From: Candidatus Heimdallarchaeota archaeon
GTDB taxonomy: Archaea > Asgardarchaeota > Heimdallarchaeia > Hodarchaeales > Hodarchaeaceae
NCBI GenBank assembly: GCA_020353515.1
Contig: CP070695.1
Coordinates: 4,721,414 to 4,785,413 of the forward strand
Direction: 5' to 3'
DNA: 64,000 nucleotides
In this document: positions 1-10,860 of the stretch, one piece after another
How positions within the stretch are numbered: the first letter of the stretch is position 1
Layout: each line of letters starts with the position of its first letter
Program-made: the position numbers and the translations under genes
Notes under the pieces: model-generated
Told to the model about the DNA's origin: nothing
The model's input: the letters and a program-made list of their open reading frames with translations, nothing else
The model's database searches: none

Positions 1-50
1 GAGACACTTTTTTCAAATATTATTGAATTCAAATAACTTGGTGAAAGAGA

Positions 51-1223
51 ATGAAGAAAACTATTGGTGTTCTAACAGGAGGGGGAGATTGTCCAGGACT
101 GAATAGTGTCTTATATGGCATCCTCCTCAAAGCAATGGATAATAAACATACTGTTATTGGAATTGAGAAGGGATGGAAAGGCTATCTTCAAAACTTAACT
201 AGAGAGCTTGAGATAACGAAATTAGATGATTTACACACCATTGGGGGCACCATACTCTATACTTCACGAACTAATCCTTATAAAGAGGCTAAAAGGATAA
301 AGGATCCAACTGAAAGGCAGAGACAGATCGAAATAACAGCAAAAAAAATGGCTTCTCAATTTAAAACATTAGGAATTGATGCACTAATAGCAATTGGAGG
401 TGATGACACTCTAGGAGTGGCAGCAGCAATGCATCAATATGCTGGAGCTAAAATAGTAGGTGTTCCAAAAACAATTGATAATGATCTTTCGAGTACTGAT
501 TATACTTTTGGATTTTGGTCAGCCATACAACTTGCTTCTAACACAATGGACAATATCACAACAACTTCTCGCTCTCACCAACGTATCTTTGTTGTGGAGG
601 TGATGGGCCGAGATGCTGGATGGTTGACTCTAGTAAGTGGGATTTCAACAGGAGCCGATATAATTCTAATACCTGAAAGACCATTTGATTTTGAAACAGA
701 TATTGTAAATGTATTAAAAGAACGTGTACAAGCAGAACGAAAACACCATATCATTGCCTGCAGTGAAGGGGCTGTACCAACAAAAGAATCATTAAAACGA
801 GATTTCAAGACGATTACTGCAGAAACAATTGAGAAACTCCCTAAGGATGATTTTGGAAATCCTTTACTCTCGAAATTAAATATGTCAAAAATTATCGTAC
901 GAGAATTAAGTCTCAGAGATGATTTGAAAACATTTTTTCGAAAGTACCAGGCGGAATTTGAAGTTCGTGATGTTGTTCTTGGTCACACCATGAGAGCAGG
1001 AACACCGAGCTCTTTTGATCGCATTCTTGGTTTAAGATTAGGTGCTAAGGCAGCACAATTAGTACAAGAAGATCGTTACGGTTTAATGGTATGTCTTCAT
1101 GGAGAAAATATCGAAACAGTAACTTTGACAGCAGGAGCAAAAAAGAAACTTGTACCACTTGACTCTGATTTACTCGAGCTACGTGATTTAATAACAAGAG
1201 TTAAATGTGAGAGCAGATTATAA
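51..1223 (+). CDS. 6-phosphofructokinase (PfkA family), probably PPi-dependent
   Basis: TGGGDCPGLN, GGTILYTSR, IGGDDT, PKTIDND and EVMGR motifs; GGDD plus PK is the PPi-type signature. Confidence 0.93.
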   Translation: MKKTIGVLTGGGDCPGLNSVLYGILLKAMDNKHTVIGIEKGWKGYLQNLTRELEITKLDDLHTIGGTILYTSRTNPYKEAKRIKDPTERQRQIEITAKKMASQFKTLGIDALIAIGGDDTLGVAAAMHQYAGAKIVGVPKTIDNDLSSTDYTFGFWSAIQLASNTMDNITTTSRSHQRIFVVEVMGRDAGWLTLVSGISTGADIILIPERPFDFETDIVNVLKERVQAERKHHIIACSEGAVPTKESLKRDFKTITAETIEKLPKDDFGNPLLSKLNMSKIIVRELSLRDDLKTFFRKYQAEFEVRDVVLGHTMRAGTPSSFDRILGLRLGAKAAQLVQEDRYGLMVCLHGENIETVTLTAGAKKKLVPLDSDLLELRDLITRVKCESRL

Positions 1224-1243
1224 TCGCGGTCTTAAGTTATTCA

Positions 1244-3094
1244 GTGGTGAACAACCACTACCTAAAGGAAGAAGACTCTTTGCAGGAGAAAGTTAGAATA
1301 AAGTCTTTAGGGCAATACTTCACTCCTGTTAATATCGTTCAACTTATGATCGATCTAATCTCGACAAACTCAAAAGCAAAAATTCTTGAACCAAGTGCTG
1401 GTAAAGGTATTTTTCTTTCACAATTAGTTAGTAAGGGATATGAGAATCTCACTGGGATAGAAATTGATCCCAATCTTGCAAAACAATCATCAATTCCGAT
1501 AAATATTGGAAATTTTTTTGATTTTCCTATTTCAAGAAAGTTTGACGTCGTTATCGGAAACCCACCATACATTCGGTGGAAGAACCTCTCACTTGACCAA
1601 CGAAAATATTTCAATTCTACATTATTCTGGCAGAAACGCATGAATGGTTTAACAGACATTCTACAACCATTTATTTTTAAAAGCGTAGATCACTTAAAAC
1701 CAGGGGGAGAATTAATTTTTATTACACCACTCTTTTGGATGCAAACTCTTCATGCTGAGCCATTAAGAAGGTTCTTATTAGAAAATGGCTCTCTAGAGGT
1801 AATTATTAATTTTCATGAAACCCGAATTTTTCCGAAAGCAAACCTTAATCTTGTGATTTTCAAATATCGAAAAGAAAAGCAAAAACAACTTCTAAAAATT
1901 ATTAACTATTGGCAAAAAGGAAAACTAAATCCTGATATTCTTGAAAATATCCGTTGGCTCCTTCATGATCCATCATCTTGGAAATCAACCGCGACAAACG
2001 ATGGCAATCTAGAATTTTTTCAGACTCATCAACCTTACAACTCATCACCTTGGCGATTTCTTCCACTTGAGACTGAAGAAAAATTATCATTGTTTGAAAA
2101 AGCATGTCAATTTTCACCAGAAATTGATGTAAATGGGCATAAAATACGTCTTTCACACCTATATTCAAAGAATGACCTCATATTAATGGAGTATCCTAAA
2201 AAAATGTGCAAAAAAATGTATTTGGATCAAAAAACTTATTTTATACCACTTTCTAAAGCTCTATTGACAGAGTATTTCACGAATAATGAAGATTTTTCAC
2301 AATCGCTCCCTCCACGCTATATACAAATTGGGGATATCGTTGAGATCGGTAATGGTATGGTGAGCGGTCTAGACAAAGCATTCCAGTTAAAATTTGACAC
2401 ACATTTGAATAAAGAAGAAAAGGAATTAATTATCCCTGTGGTAAAAGCAAAATCCATACGTCGTTTTTACGCAGAATCTTTAACCCAATATTTTCTGGTT
2501 AAACCTGACATTATTTCCACTGAAAATGATCTAAAAAGAAACTTCCCTTCCCTATATGAACAACTTCTACCGTTCCAAGACGCTTTAAGGAAAAGATATC
2601 AATATAACAGGGAAATTCCATATTGGGAATGGGTTTTCATCAGAAACTACAAACTAATGAAAGATGCAGAAGCTTTAATCTGTGTTCCTTGTAAGGATCG
2701 ATTTGACAAAAGAAAACACTTTCGATTCGCTCTGTGTGAAAAGGGTATATTTACGACACAAGATGTCACCGTTTTGGTGAAATTCAACTGGGTCAAAGAA
2801 TCCCTTGAATATATAACTGCTTTCTTAAATAGCAAGGAAGTTTTTGATTGGGTCATAAATAAAGGTCTTATAAGGGGGGGAGTCGCAGAATTTTCAGAAG
2901 AACCCTTGAAACGTATTCCATTTCGTCTAATTGATTGGAATTCTCCAACTGAATGCCAGATTCACGATAGGATTGTAGAATTAGTACAAGATATCTTTTC
3001 AACTAAAAAAGAAAATGTTTCAAAGATTTCTGAGATTAATCTGTTGGTTTCTCAGCTGATTGATCTTGGAAAAAAAAATTCTCAACAATTATAA
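1244..3094 (+). CDS. N6-adenine DNA methyltransferase, gamma class (TaqI/Eco57I-like) with C-terminal TRD
   Basis: GQYFTP, ILEPSAGKG (motif I), GNPPY (motif IV), C-terminal TaqI_C-like AFLNS segment. Confidence 0.9.
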   Translation: MVNNHYLKEEDSLQEKVRIKSLGQYFTPVNIVQLMIDLISTNSKAKILEPSAGKGIFLSQLVSKGYENLTGIEIDPNLAKQSSIPINIGNFFDFPISRKFDVVIGNPPYIRWKNLSLDQRKYFNSTLFWQKRMNGLTDILQPFIFKSVDHLKPGGELIFITPLFWMQTLHAEPLRRFLLENGSLEVIINFHETRIFPKANLNLVIFKYRKEKQKQLLKIINYWQKGKLNPDILENIRWLLHDPSSWKSTATNDGNLEFFQTHQPYNSSPWRFLPLETEEKLSLFEKACQFSPEIDVNGHKIRLSHLYSKNDLILMEYPKKMCKKMYLDQKTYFIPLSKALLTEYFTNNEDFSQSLPPRYIQIGDIVEIGNGMVSGLDKAFQLKFDTHLNKEEKELIIPVVKAKSIRRFYAESLTQYFLVKPDIISTENDLKRNFPSLYEQLLPFQDALRKRYQYNREIPYWEWVFIRNYKLMKDAEALICVPCKDRFDKRKHFRFALCEKGIFTTQDVTVLVKFNWVKESLEYITAFLNSKEVFDWVINKGLIRGGVAEFSEEPLKRIPFRLIDWNSPTECQIHDRIVELVQDIFSTKKENVSKISEINLLVSQLIDLGKKNSQQL

Positions 3095-3117
3095 GCGGAT
3101 TAACTAAGGGATAGTTT

Positions 3118-5259
3118 GTGACAAATATTACTATAAATCGCAGATTAAAGTCACAGAATGAGAATGTATCTAGAATTAATGAATGGATGAATAATTTTAA
3201 AGTCAATTTTAGTTTTAATACCCTACCTGCGGATTTTCATAATTTAGATGAATTCTTGTTGTCATATTTAGCAAGCTCATGGTTAATACACTTTTTTAAT
3301 AATAAAATCAGGATAAAATCATCTACAGCGATTTTTAACAAATTAAAGGATTTAACAGAAAGATATCCACAATCTTGCGATCTCTGGGAATTTATAGATA
3401 CTATTTTTAGCTTCCTTAATGAAAAAATGATATTAGATTCGCTTCTTGGTATGAAAATTCCAGAATTACGTAATTCATTGATCAATGACACTCTTGGAAC
3501 ATTATTACAAAACTGTTTAACTCAGAGTGATCGAAAAAGATTAGCTGCAAATTATACAACTCACAATTCAGCCAAGCTCCTTGTAAATACACTCGACATA
3601 CAAGAAAGTTATTCCTCAATCATTGACCCTTTTTGTGGTTCAGGAAGATTAATCTCAGCCTATTTAATGAGTCGAAATTCTAGAGGTAAATTTCCGCATA
3701 TTAGAATCCATGATTTAATGCCATCAGCAGTTCTAATCGCTTACTGTCGTCTTATTCTCATACTATCAGAGTATGATCAGGATCTTTCTTTCCTACAAGC
3801 ATCAATAGGTGATGCATTTGCTGCATTTTCAAATGAAAGGTATTCTAAAGAGTTTGGAAAATTCGATTTAGTTTTGATTAATCCCCCTTTCACGCGTACA
3901 CATCGGATAAATAAGAATCAAAGAAAAAATTTATTGGCAATTGAAGAACAGTATAGTCAATATTTAAGTGGACAGGTTGGCCTTCACATTTATGCAGTTT
4001 TGTTGGCTGATCTGTTGATGAAAGAAGATGGGGTACTAGGAGCAATTTTGCCTGCTGCTACTATTTCTTCTCAATATTCTAACGGAGTACATGAATTTTT
4101 TCTAAATAATTTTCAACTGAAGACTATAGCTTCCTCTGAGGATGAAAAAGCTTATTCTGAAGACAGTAACCTTCGAGAAATAATCCTTATCGCAAAAAGG
4201 GATAGAAGTAAAAAAGAGGAGGAAATTCAATTTTTACGAATAGACTCGCATGAAAAATCTAGATCGCAGATTTTTTCTACTCAGATAATTTCAAAAGATG
4301 TGCTAGCTAAGGAATGGAATTGGACTATATTTTTGAGGGATCCAGAGCTTCTGAAAATTCGTAATCTTCTTCTCCAATCAGGATTCATTAAAAATGGTAA
4401 GGATCTAGGCTTTGATATTGTACGGGGAGTTGAAATGTATGGTCCAGATTTTTTTTTCATACCAAATCGTAAATGGAAAATTTCTTCTGAAGAAAAGAAT
4501 AAGCTCATCCTAAAGAACAATGGTAACACCATTGAGGTTCCGAAGGAGTTCCTAGTGCGATCATTAAGAAAACCAGGAAAATATAATCAATTTATATCTC
4601 CTAAAGTGTCAGATTTTGCGTTATCCATTCCAACATCAAATATATCTCAAAAATGGATAAAAGACTACTTAGAAGTCTCAGAACAGTTTGCCTCTCCAGC
4701 TAAACGAAAATTTAGACAAGATTGGATTTCTCACATTCACAATCAAATAGAAACAAAAAAGCCTTCAGGACATATATTTTTCATTGATAAATTTGGGATC
4801 TCTTCAACAAGTATAATGAGCCATTTCTTTGAAAAAAAAATAAATTGTTCAAAGAACTTCTATGTTCTCCGAAATTGCACAGCAACGCAAGCAAAACTAC
4901 ATGCAGCTTGGCTAAATTCCACACTTTTCATTATTTTATATCTGTTATCTCGGCGTGAAATTGGAGGATCTTATGGAAGACTTCAAATAATTGATTACTT
5001 GAAGGAACCTCTATTTCTTGATTTCTCTAAATACACAGCAGAGATTAAAGCCCAGATAAACCAACAATTTGATAGAATACGCAGATTTAAACTTCCTCCA
5101 ATTCCTGAACAACTACAATTACCACAAAGAAGAGCTCTTGATAGTACAATCATACAAGGACTAAAGTTACCTAGAATAACAGAAGATTACATACAAACAA
5201 GTATATATCCTCTTTTGAAGAGAATTTTTACAAATTTAGAACGAAGAGACAACACATAA
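3118..5259 (+). CDS. N6-adenine DNA methyltransferase, gamma class
   Basis: ANYTT, IDPFCGSG, LINPPF, AWLNS; 23 nt downstream of the previous MTase. Confidence 0.85.
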   Translation: MTNITINRRLKSQNENVSRINEWMNNFKVNFSFNTLPADFHNLDEFLLSYLASSWLIHFFNNKIRIKSSTAIFNKLKDLTERYPQSCDLWEFIDTIFSFLNEKMILDSLLGMKIPELRNSLINDTLGTLLQNCLTQSDRKRLAANYTTHNSAKLLVNTLDIQESYSSIIDPFCGSGRLISAYLMSRNSRGKFPHIRIHDLMPSAVLIAYCRLILILSEYDQDLSFLQASIGDAFAAFSNERYSKEFGKFDLVLINPPFTRTHRINKNQRKNLLAIEEQYSQYLSGQVGLHIYAVLLADLLMKEDGVLGAILPAATISSQYSNGVHEFFLNNFQLKTIASSEDEKAYSEDSNLREIILIAKRDRSKKEEEIQFLRIDSHEKSRSQIFSTQIISKDVLAKEWNWTIFLRDPELLKIRNLLLQSGFIKNGKDLGFDIVRGVEMYGPDFFFIPNRKWKISSEEKNKLILKNNGNTIEVPKEFLVRSLRKPGKYNQFISPKVSDFALSIPTSNISQKWIKDYLEVSEQFASPAKRKFRQDWISHIHNQIETKKPSGHIFFIDKFGISSTSIMSHFFEKKINCSKNFYVLRNCTATQAKLHAAWLNSTLFIILYLLSRREIGGSYGRLQIIDYLKEPLFLDFSKYTAEIKAQINQQFDRIRRFKLPPIPEQLQLPQRRALDSTIIQGLKLPRITEDYIQTSIYPLLKRIFTNLERRDNT

Positions 5260-5311
5260 AGACCATTGAAAAAGTAATAGAAAAATGTAGGTCTTTAGTT
5301 TTAAAAAACTA

Positions 5312-6463
5312 TTATTTAGACGATTTCCTCCATTTCCTCTTATAGAAAAGTAGAATTAGAACCCAAAATCCAGAAAAGACATCAAAGACTACTGTATCAT
5401 TTGAAGAAGTAGTTGTAGTTGTTTCAAAGGGGATATTAGTTGTCCCATTATTATGTTCCATCACTACTTTTTGAAGGGCAGCAGACACATTTAGTAAACC
5501 ATAACCAAAAATTGGATCCTTTCCAGTTGTACCTAGGTCGATACTCGTTTCATGAAGTATTGATCTAATTGTTTCAACTGATAGAGTATTATTTAATGAC
5601 AACATTAAAGCTACCGCTCCACACACTAAGGGGGCCGCAAAAGATGTTCCTGATCCAGTCTGAGGTGTCCACTTGTTTGGGTAAATCGAAGAAACATTAA
5701 ACCCAGGTGCACAAATTTCATTTTCTTCTCCAGGAGAGGAAAAAGTTGCTATTTCACGATCTTTAGTTGTTGCGGAAACTGCAATGACTTCTGAATATCT
5801 ACCAGGATAAGTAACATCATCCTGATTATTTCCAGTAACGCTAATTATTGCAATACTTTTGTTATATGCCCGTTTTACAGCTGTGTGAAATGACTCTGGA
5901 GGAACCCCATCAGCCTGAATTGACAACTGAATAATATCAGCCCCATTATTCATTGCATAATCCATTGCTTCAATAAACATATCCCAATCACCTCCACCAA
6001 ATCGATTTTGATTATCAAGAAATCTAAGAGCCATTAATCGGATGTTTGGGGCAATACCCACACTTATATGATTGTCATCATCTGCAGCTATCAATCCAGC
6101 AACAAATGTCCCATGTCTATGACCTGGAGATGGATCATTGTCATCATCACGAAAATCCCAACCAGTAATATCATCCACGTAACCATTCCCATCATCATCT
6201 TTCCCATTTTCAGCGACCTCATCAGAATTTTTCCATGATTGATTTACTAAATCAGGATGTGTGAAGTCAATTCCACTATCAATTACTGCTACAACGATAC
6301 TTGTTCTACCTTGTGTATAATTCCAAGCTTCATCTGTTCCTACATCCACAAGATTCCATTGGATATCAGGATCAAGTGAAGAAAATGTCAATTTAGGGGC
6401 TATTGGGGCTAATATTAACCCATAAATTATAATTAAGACAGGAAATAGATTATGTGTTTTCAG
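5312..6463 (-). CDS. Secreted S8 subtilisin-like serine protease with C-terminal membrane anchor
   Basis: Catalytic triad VIDSG / HGTFVAG / GTSFAAP; Thr-rich linker, TM helix and basic tail; frame extends from 6391 to a CTG at 6463, adding a signal peptide. Confidence 0.92.
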   Translation of the reverse strand: MKTHNLFPVLIIIYGLILAPIAPKLTFSSLDPDIQWNLVDVGTDEAWNYTQGRTSIVVAVIDSGIDFTHPDLVNQSWKNSDEVAENGKDDDGNGYVDDITGWDFRDDDNDPSPGHRHGTFVAGLIAADDDNHISVGIAPNIRLMALRFLDNQNRFGGGDWDMFIEAMDYAMNNGADIIQLSIQADGVPPESFHTAVKRAYNKSIAIISVTGNNQDDVTYPGRYSEVIAVSATTKDREIATFSSPGEENEICAPGFNVSSIYPNKWTPQTGSGTSFAAPLVCGAVALMLSLNNTLSVETIRSILHETSIDLGTTGKDPIFGYGLLNVSAALQKVVMEHNNGTTNIPFETTTTTSSNDTVVFDVFSGFWVLILLFYKRKWRKSSK

Positions 6464-6464
6464 G

Positions 6465-7817
6465 TTAAATTATCTCCATTTTAATCTCAATACCCAAAAG
6501 TTCAGCTCTATGTTTCAAGATTTCGACTCCATATTTGGGTTTTCGCAAGCTAATTACCATTTCCCAGTCATCATTTTCAAATGTTTCATGCTCAACACTA
6601 GTGAAGTCATAACAAAAAGATCTAAATTGATGGCTAGGAGAGTAAGAGCATTTAAATCGCTTTTTTGGTCGAAATTCATCGATTTCATCTATTAAAGGCT
6701 GTACATCATTGATTGCAGCAATGGGAATTATTGGAAACTCTGGAAAATGATTTTTTAAGAGCGTGAGTCGTTCATCTAAGGCTCGATCATCTAATAAGTC
6801 GATTTTATTCAGTATTATAATTCGATAGTTCTGAGGATTTATCTCATTTATTGTTTGAATCGAAATTTGAGCTTTTCGAAGCATAAATTCAGGGGCTTCG
6901 CTCCCATCTACAACGATAAAGAGGATCTCAGCGGCTAAACTTTCTTCTAATGTAGACTTAAATGAATCGATTAGAAAAGTAGGAAGATTTTCGATAAAAC
7001 CTACTGTATCAGTAATGAAGATTTTAAGATCTTCAAGTTGGAAGCTCCTAATTCGTGTATCAAGGGTTTCGAATAAGCGAGAACTCACACTCGATGAATA
7101 AGAATTTGTTATTGAATTCAGGATAGTAGATTTCCCAGCAGAAGTGTATCCAACTATACTTACATACAAACTATCATGATGATGTCGTTTGCGCGAATGA
7201 CGACGTTTTTCGCGTTGCTTACTCAGGATTTGAAGTTTCTTCCTAAGTTGTGACTCTTTTTTTGTCATTCGTGCTTCAAATTCGTTCAGAGGATTTTCTC
7301 CAGTCCCAAAAAAACCCTCACGCTCGGAATGCCACGCGCCCCCTAATCCTAAACTGTGCATCAATCGTAAGCGTTCCCTTGGATGCTCATACTTCAACTG
7401 TGCGAGTTCTATTTGGAGTTTTGATTCCTCAGTCATCGCTCGTTCTGCGAATATCTCCAAAACAAGTTCAAATTTATCTATAACTGAACATTCAAAGAAG
7501 TTCTCCAAGTTTATATGAATTTTCGGGGTAAGATGTGAACCAACTACGATTAGCTCTGTAAAATATTCCGAATCAATGCCTGCTTTAATTTCATTAAGAT
7601 GATGAGGGGAAAAGAAATATTTAGCGTTATTAGGAATTAATTCAAACTCTGTGATAACGCGATAACGAGCGGATAATAATAGATGTCTCATCTCCTCATT
7701 TAGGAATTTTTGACGCTCATCTAGAGAAAGAGGAAGTAATAGTACACACTCTTGTGATACTTGTATTGCACTTTCTGCGTCAGACTGCATAAAACCGTCA
7801 AAAACCATCTGAATCAC
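6465..7817 (-). CDS. hflX: GTPase HflX
   Basis: LVLEIFAERA..ESKLQIELAQLKY, G1 GYTSAGKS, FETLD, DTVGF, NKID. Confidence 0.93.
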   Translation of the reverse strand: MIQMVFDGFMQSDAESAIQVSQECVLLLPLSLDERQKFLNEEMRHLLLSARYRVITEFELIPNNAKYFFSPHHLNEIKAGIDSEYFTELIVVGSHLTPKIHINLENFFECSVIDKFELVLEIFAERAMTEESKLQIELAQLKYEHPRERLRLMHSLGLGGAWHSEREGFFGTGENPLNEFEARMTKKESQLRKKLQILSKQREKRRHSRKRHHHDSLYVSIVGYTSAGKSTILNSITNSYSSSVSSRLFETLDTRIRSFQLEDLKIFITDTVGFIENLPTFLIDSFKSTLEESLAAEILFIVVDGSEAPEFMLRKAQISIQTINEINPQNYRIIILNKIDLLDDRALDERLTLLKNHFPEFPIIPIAAINDVQPLIDEIDEFRPKKRFKCSYSPSHQFRSFCYDFTSVEHETFENDDWEMVISLRKPKYGVEILKHRAELLGIEIKMEII

Positions 7818-7950
7818 AATTAGTTTTAGAGAATATCGGTTTTTTTCATTAATGAATTAATTTTATCGATGAAATATGTTTTTAAATCTCCTATACAATT
7901 GTTAATTGTAGAAAAGAAGTCTGCTTAACAATTGAAAAAATCTGATAATT

Positions 7951-8340
7951 ATGAGTATTCAGAAAAAGAAGCGATTTAAGAAACTTGTTCAGCCTCAAGA
8001 AGTGATTGTCTGGTATATTCTTCCTGCTATTCGTCGTGAGATAACTAACTCTCTTATCGAGGATTATAACTTACCACAGAAAGAAATTGCGAAACGTTTT
8101 GGTCTCACAGAACCAGCAATTAGCCAGTATAAAAAGGGAGCACGTGGAGACATTGAACTTAGTCAAGATATTAAAAATAAAGTGAAACTGGCAGCCCGAA
8201 ACATCGCAGAGGAAGATAGCAGAGCCCCTCGCGAGGTTCAACGAGTATTAAAATATATTCAGGAAGAGGGTTTCCTTTGTGAGTTTCATAAAAAATTTGG
8301 GCTTGTTCATGAGGGCTGTGACATGTGTAAACTCGAATAA
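7951..8340 (+). CDS. Archaeal HTH transcriptional regulator with C-terminal Cys/His motif
   Basis: PQEVIVWYILPAIRREI, HTH QKEIAKRFGLTEPAISQY, C-terminal CEFH...CDMC. Confidence 0.8.
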   Translation: MSIQKKKRFKKLVQPQEVIVWYILPAIRREITNSLIEDYNLPQKEIAKRFGLTEPAISQYKKGARGDIELSQDIKNKVKLAARNIAEEDSRAPREVQRVLKYIQEEGFLCEFHKKFGLVHEGCDMCKLE

Positions 8341-8595
8341 CGGATTTTCTTAAAAGCTATCTGCTAAGTATTTTTCAATTTACCGTTTTTTCTTTTTAAA
8401 ACATAATATATCCTCAATAAATGTCTATGGATAATATTTCTTTTTTTTTCCTCATTAATTTTTTGTCTTTGAAGCGGGATTGGGAGTTTAGGCTTAAAGT
8501 TACACATTTTTATATTTTTTACATATTATGTATTTTCTCTTTTAAATACATTCATACTATAGATAGGGTAATAATGTGTTTTTGATATATGATTG

Positions 8596-8612
8596 TCTAA
8601 ACATTTATAAAG
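8596..8612 (+). promoter_or_regulatory. Probable TATA box of tfb
   Basis: TTTATAAA at 8604-8611, about 55 nt upstream of the start codon. Confidence 0.4.
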
Positions 8613-8665
8613 GTGAATTTATCTATGATAGGTGTAATAGCTAATGTGCTCTGGAGAGTTAAATT

Positions 8666-9640
8666 GTGCTTTGTAACAAATGTAGTGAATGTAGCAGTAG
8701 TTCAATGGTTTATGATGAACCGCGTGGTGAGATCATTTGTGGTGATTGTGGTTTAGTTGCCAATAGTGTGTTTTTTAGCCATGAACCAGAGTGGCGCGCA
8801 TATAACTCTGAGGAAGAAAAAGCAAAAGTTCGTGTTGGTCTTCCCACTTCTGTTTTAAACAATCGCGAAATGAGGACTGTCATTGGAGGGAAAAGGAAGG
8901 ATTCTTATGGTAAAACTCTTGATACCGCTACTCAGGCTAAATTTTCGCGATTATCACAAATGGATGAACGAATCCAAGATAAAACCACTCGTAACCTTAA
9001 AAGTGCATTAATGGAATTAAAAAGGATTAAATCTCATCTAAACCTTTCAGATGATATTTCTGAAACAGCGGTACTTTTGTATAAACTAGCTTTGGAAAAG
9101 GATTTAATAAAAGGTCGTTCAGTCATTGGTATGATTAGTGCAGCTATATACCTCGCCTGTCGAAAGAAAAATTCTGCAATCACCTTAAAAGATACAGCTG
9201 AAAAAGCAAACATTTCTACTAAAGAACTTGGCCGTTGTATCCGCATTTTCCTTCAAAATATTAACATTAACAGTTCAACACCTGATCCTGTGGCCCTAGT
9301 TAATCGATTAGGTGAAAATTTAGGACTTACTATGTATACTCGGAAAGTTGCCATCGATATTCTTATCGAAGCACGAGAAAAACGATTAACTATGGGAAAA
9401 ATACCAATGTCGTTAGCAGCTGCAGCAATTTACATTGCTTCTATTCAAACTGGCGAGAGACGAACTCAACAACAAATTGCTACTCCAGCACGTACAACGC
9501 CTGTAACAATACGAAATCGTTTTAAAGAACTTGCAAAAGGATTAGGATTAAACGAATTTAAAGTTAAACGAGGAGCTGCTGCTAAACCAGTGATTATTCA
9601 AAACCCGACAACTTGGGTTCGTAACAAAAGACAGGACTAA
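8666..9640 (+). CDS. tfb: Transcription initiation factor IIB (TFB)
   Basis: Zn ribbon CSEC...CGDCG, PEWRAY B-reader, two cyclin repeats (KGRS, AAAIYIAS, RTQQQIA, VTIRNRFKEL). Confidence 0.96.
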   Translation: MLCNKCSECSSSSMVYDEPRGEIICGDCGLVANSVFFSHEPEWRAYNSEEEKAKVRVGLPTSVLNNREMRTVIGGKRKDSYGKTLDTATQAKFSRLSQMDERIQDKTTRNLKSALMELKRIKSHLNLSDDISETAVLLYKLALEKDLIKGRSVIGMISAAIYLACRKKNSAITLKDTAEKANISTKELGRCIRIFLQNININSSTPDPVALVNRLGENLGLTMYTRKVAIDILIEAREKRLTMGKIPMSLAAAAIYIASIQTGERRTQQQIATPARTTPVTIRNRFKELAKGLGLNEFKVKRGAAAKPVIIQNPTTWVRNKRQD

Positions 9641-9721
9641 AACCGCTTTCCACAGCTATACCCAAAGCTACTGATATTGATATAGAATGGAGGAAGGAAG
9701 CTTTTCTTCTTTTTAAAAGAG

Positions 9722-10159
9722 TTATTTCTTTTCTAACAAAGTTTGAATGTCAATTATAAAGAATTGAGATTCGTTGATGAATTCTTTAATGTTAATTGCT
9801 AGGAGAGAGCGTAAACTATATTGGCCATGAATTATCTTTAAAGTATCCAATGCTGTTCGTAAGCGGCGAGAAAATTCGAACTGAGATGGTATTAAACCCC
9901 TCTCTTCTAATGAATATATATCGGTAATTCTTTGTTCATAAGCTGCCATTGGTAGGAAAAGACTAGATTCCTCCATGTGGCTTTGAAATGATGTATCACT
10001 TAATCTACCCAGTTTTTCAATTAATGCGTCTGCTGCTACTATCATACTTAGGACAATCAACTTTATTGCAAAGAGCTTATCCAATGTTGACTTCGCATTT
10101 ACGTATGTTCGGATAGAACTATTCAGATACGTATATGAATCATCAAAAACTGATGCCAA
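9722..10159 (-). CDS. Hypothetical all-helical protein, possibly HEPN/PaREP1-like
   Basis: 145-aa ORF with amphipathic helices; AADALIEKLG and IIHGQY only weakly recall HEPN. Confidence 0.5.
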   Translation of the reverse strand: MASVFDDSYTYLNSSIRTYVNAKSTLDKLFAIKLIVLSMIVAADALIEKLGRLSDTSFQSHMEESSLFLPMAAYEQRITDIYSLEERGLIPSQFEFSRRLRTALDTLKIIHGQYSLRSLLAINIKEFINESQFFIIDIQTLLEKK

Positions 10160-10323
10160 AAGACTATTCCAAACCTTTTTGCTTTTTCTAATTCCTAGGA
10201 AGACAAACTAGCTAAATTCACAAACATCTGAAAGTAATCTTGACGATAAATTTCGAGTATAGGAAAAACATCATTTAACTTTTAAGGCTGTTCAAAAGCA
10301 GATTAAAAATTAACTTCTACAAT

Positions 10324-10743
10324 TTATTCCCCAATAATAGTGACATATAATTGTCGTTTTCGTGATTTCACATCCAACTCCATGAAGGCGATTTGTTGCC
10401 AAGTCCCGTGAATGAGACGTCCTTGATTAATCGGAATTGTCAGAGAAGGTCCTAATAAAGATGCTCTAACATGTGAATGACCATTGCCATCATGCCATGT
10501 CTGTTCATGGAAATAGGCTAGAGATTTAGGTGCGATACGCTCTAAGAAGTCTGGTATATCACGAATAAGACCCGGTTCAAACTCGAGAGTTATAATAGCT
10601 CCTGTTGATCCCCCAACAAAAACTGTTACAATCCCTTTGGTTATTTTAGATTGACGAACCAGACGTTCCAACTCAGATGTTATGTCCACAATTTCGGTTT
10701 CATGCGTTTCTTTTAATAGTATCTCGGATTGATAGACCGTCAT
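10324..10743 (-). CDS. yjbQ: YjbQ/UPF0047 family protein
   Basis: EIVDIT, EFEPGL, DGNGHSHVRASLLGPS, GTWQQI. Confidence 0.93.
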   Translation of the reverse strand: MTVYQSEILLKETHETEIVDITSELERLVRQSKITKGIVTVFVGGSTGAIITLEFEPGLIRDIPDFLERIAPKSLAYFHEQTWHDGNGHSHVRASLLGPSLTIPINQGRLIHGTWQQIAFMELDVKSRKRQLYVTIIGE

Positions 10744-10860
10744 ACATTTTACCTCATTTCTGTTTGATTATTGATAATAATTTATAAATATAAGTCAAAA
10801 TATTTGGAAGAATCTAAATTAATACTCTCTTTTTTTATTTAGGGTCAATTTCTTGAATTT

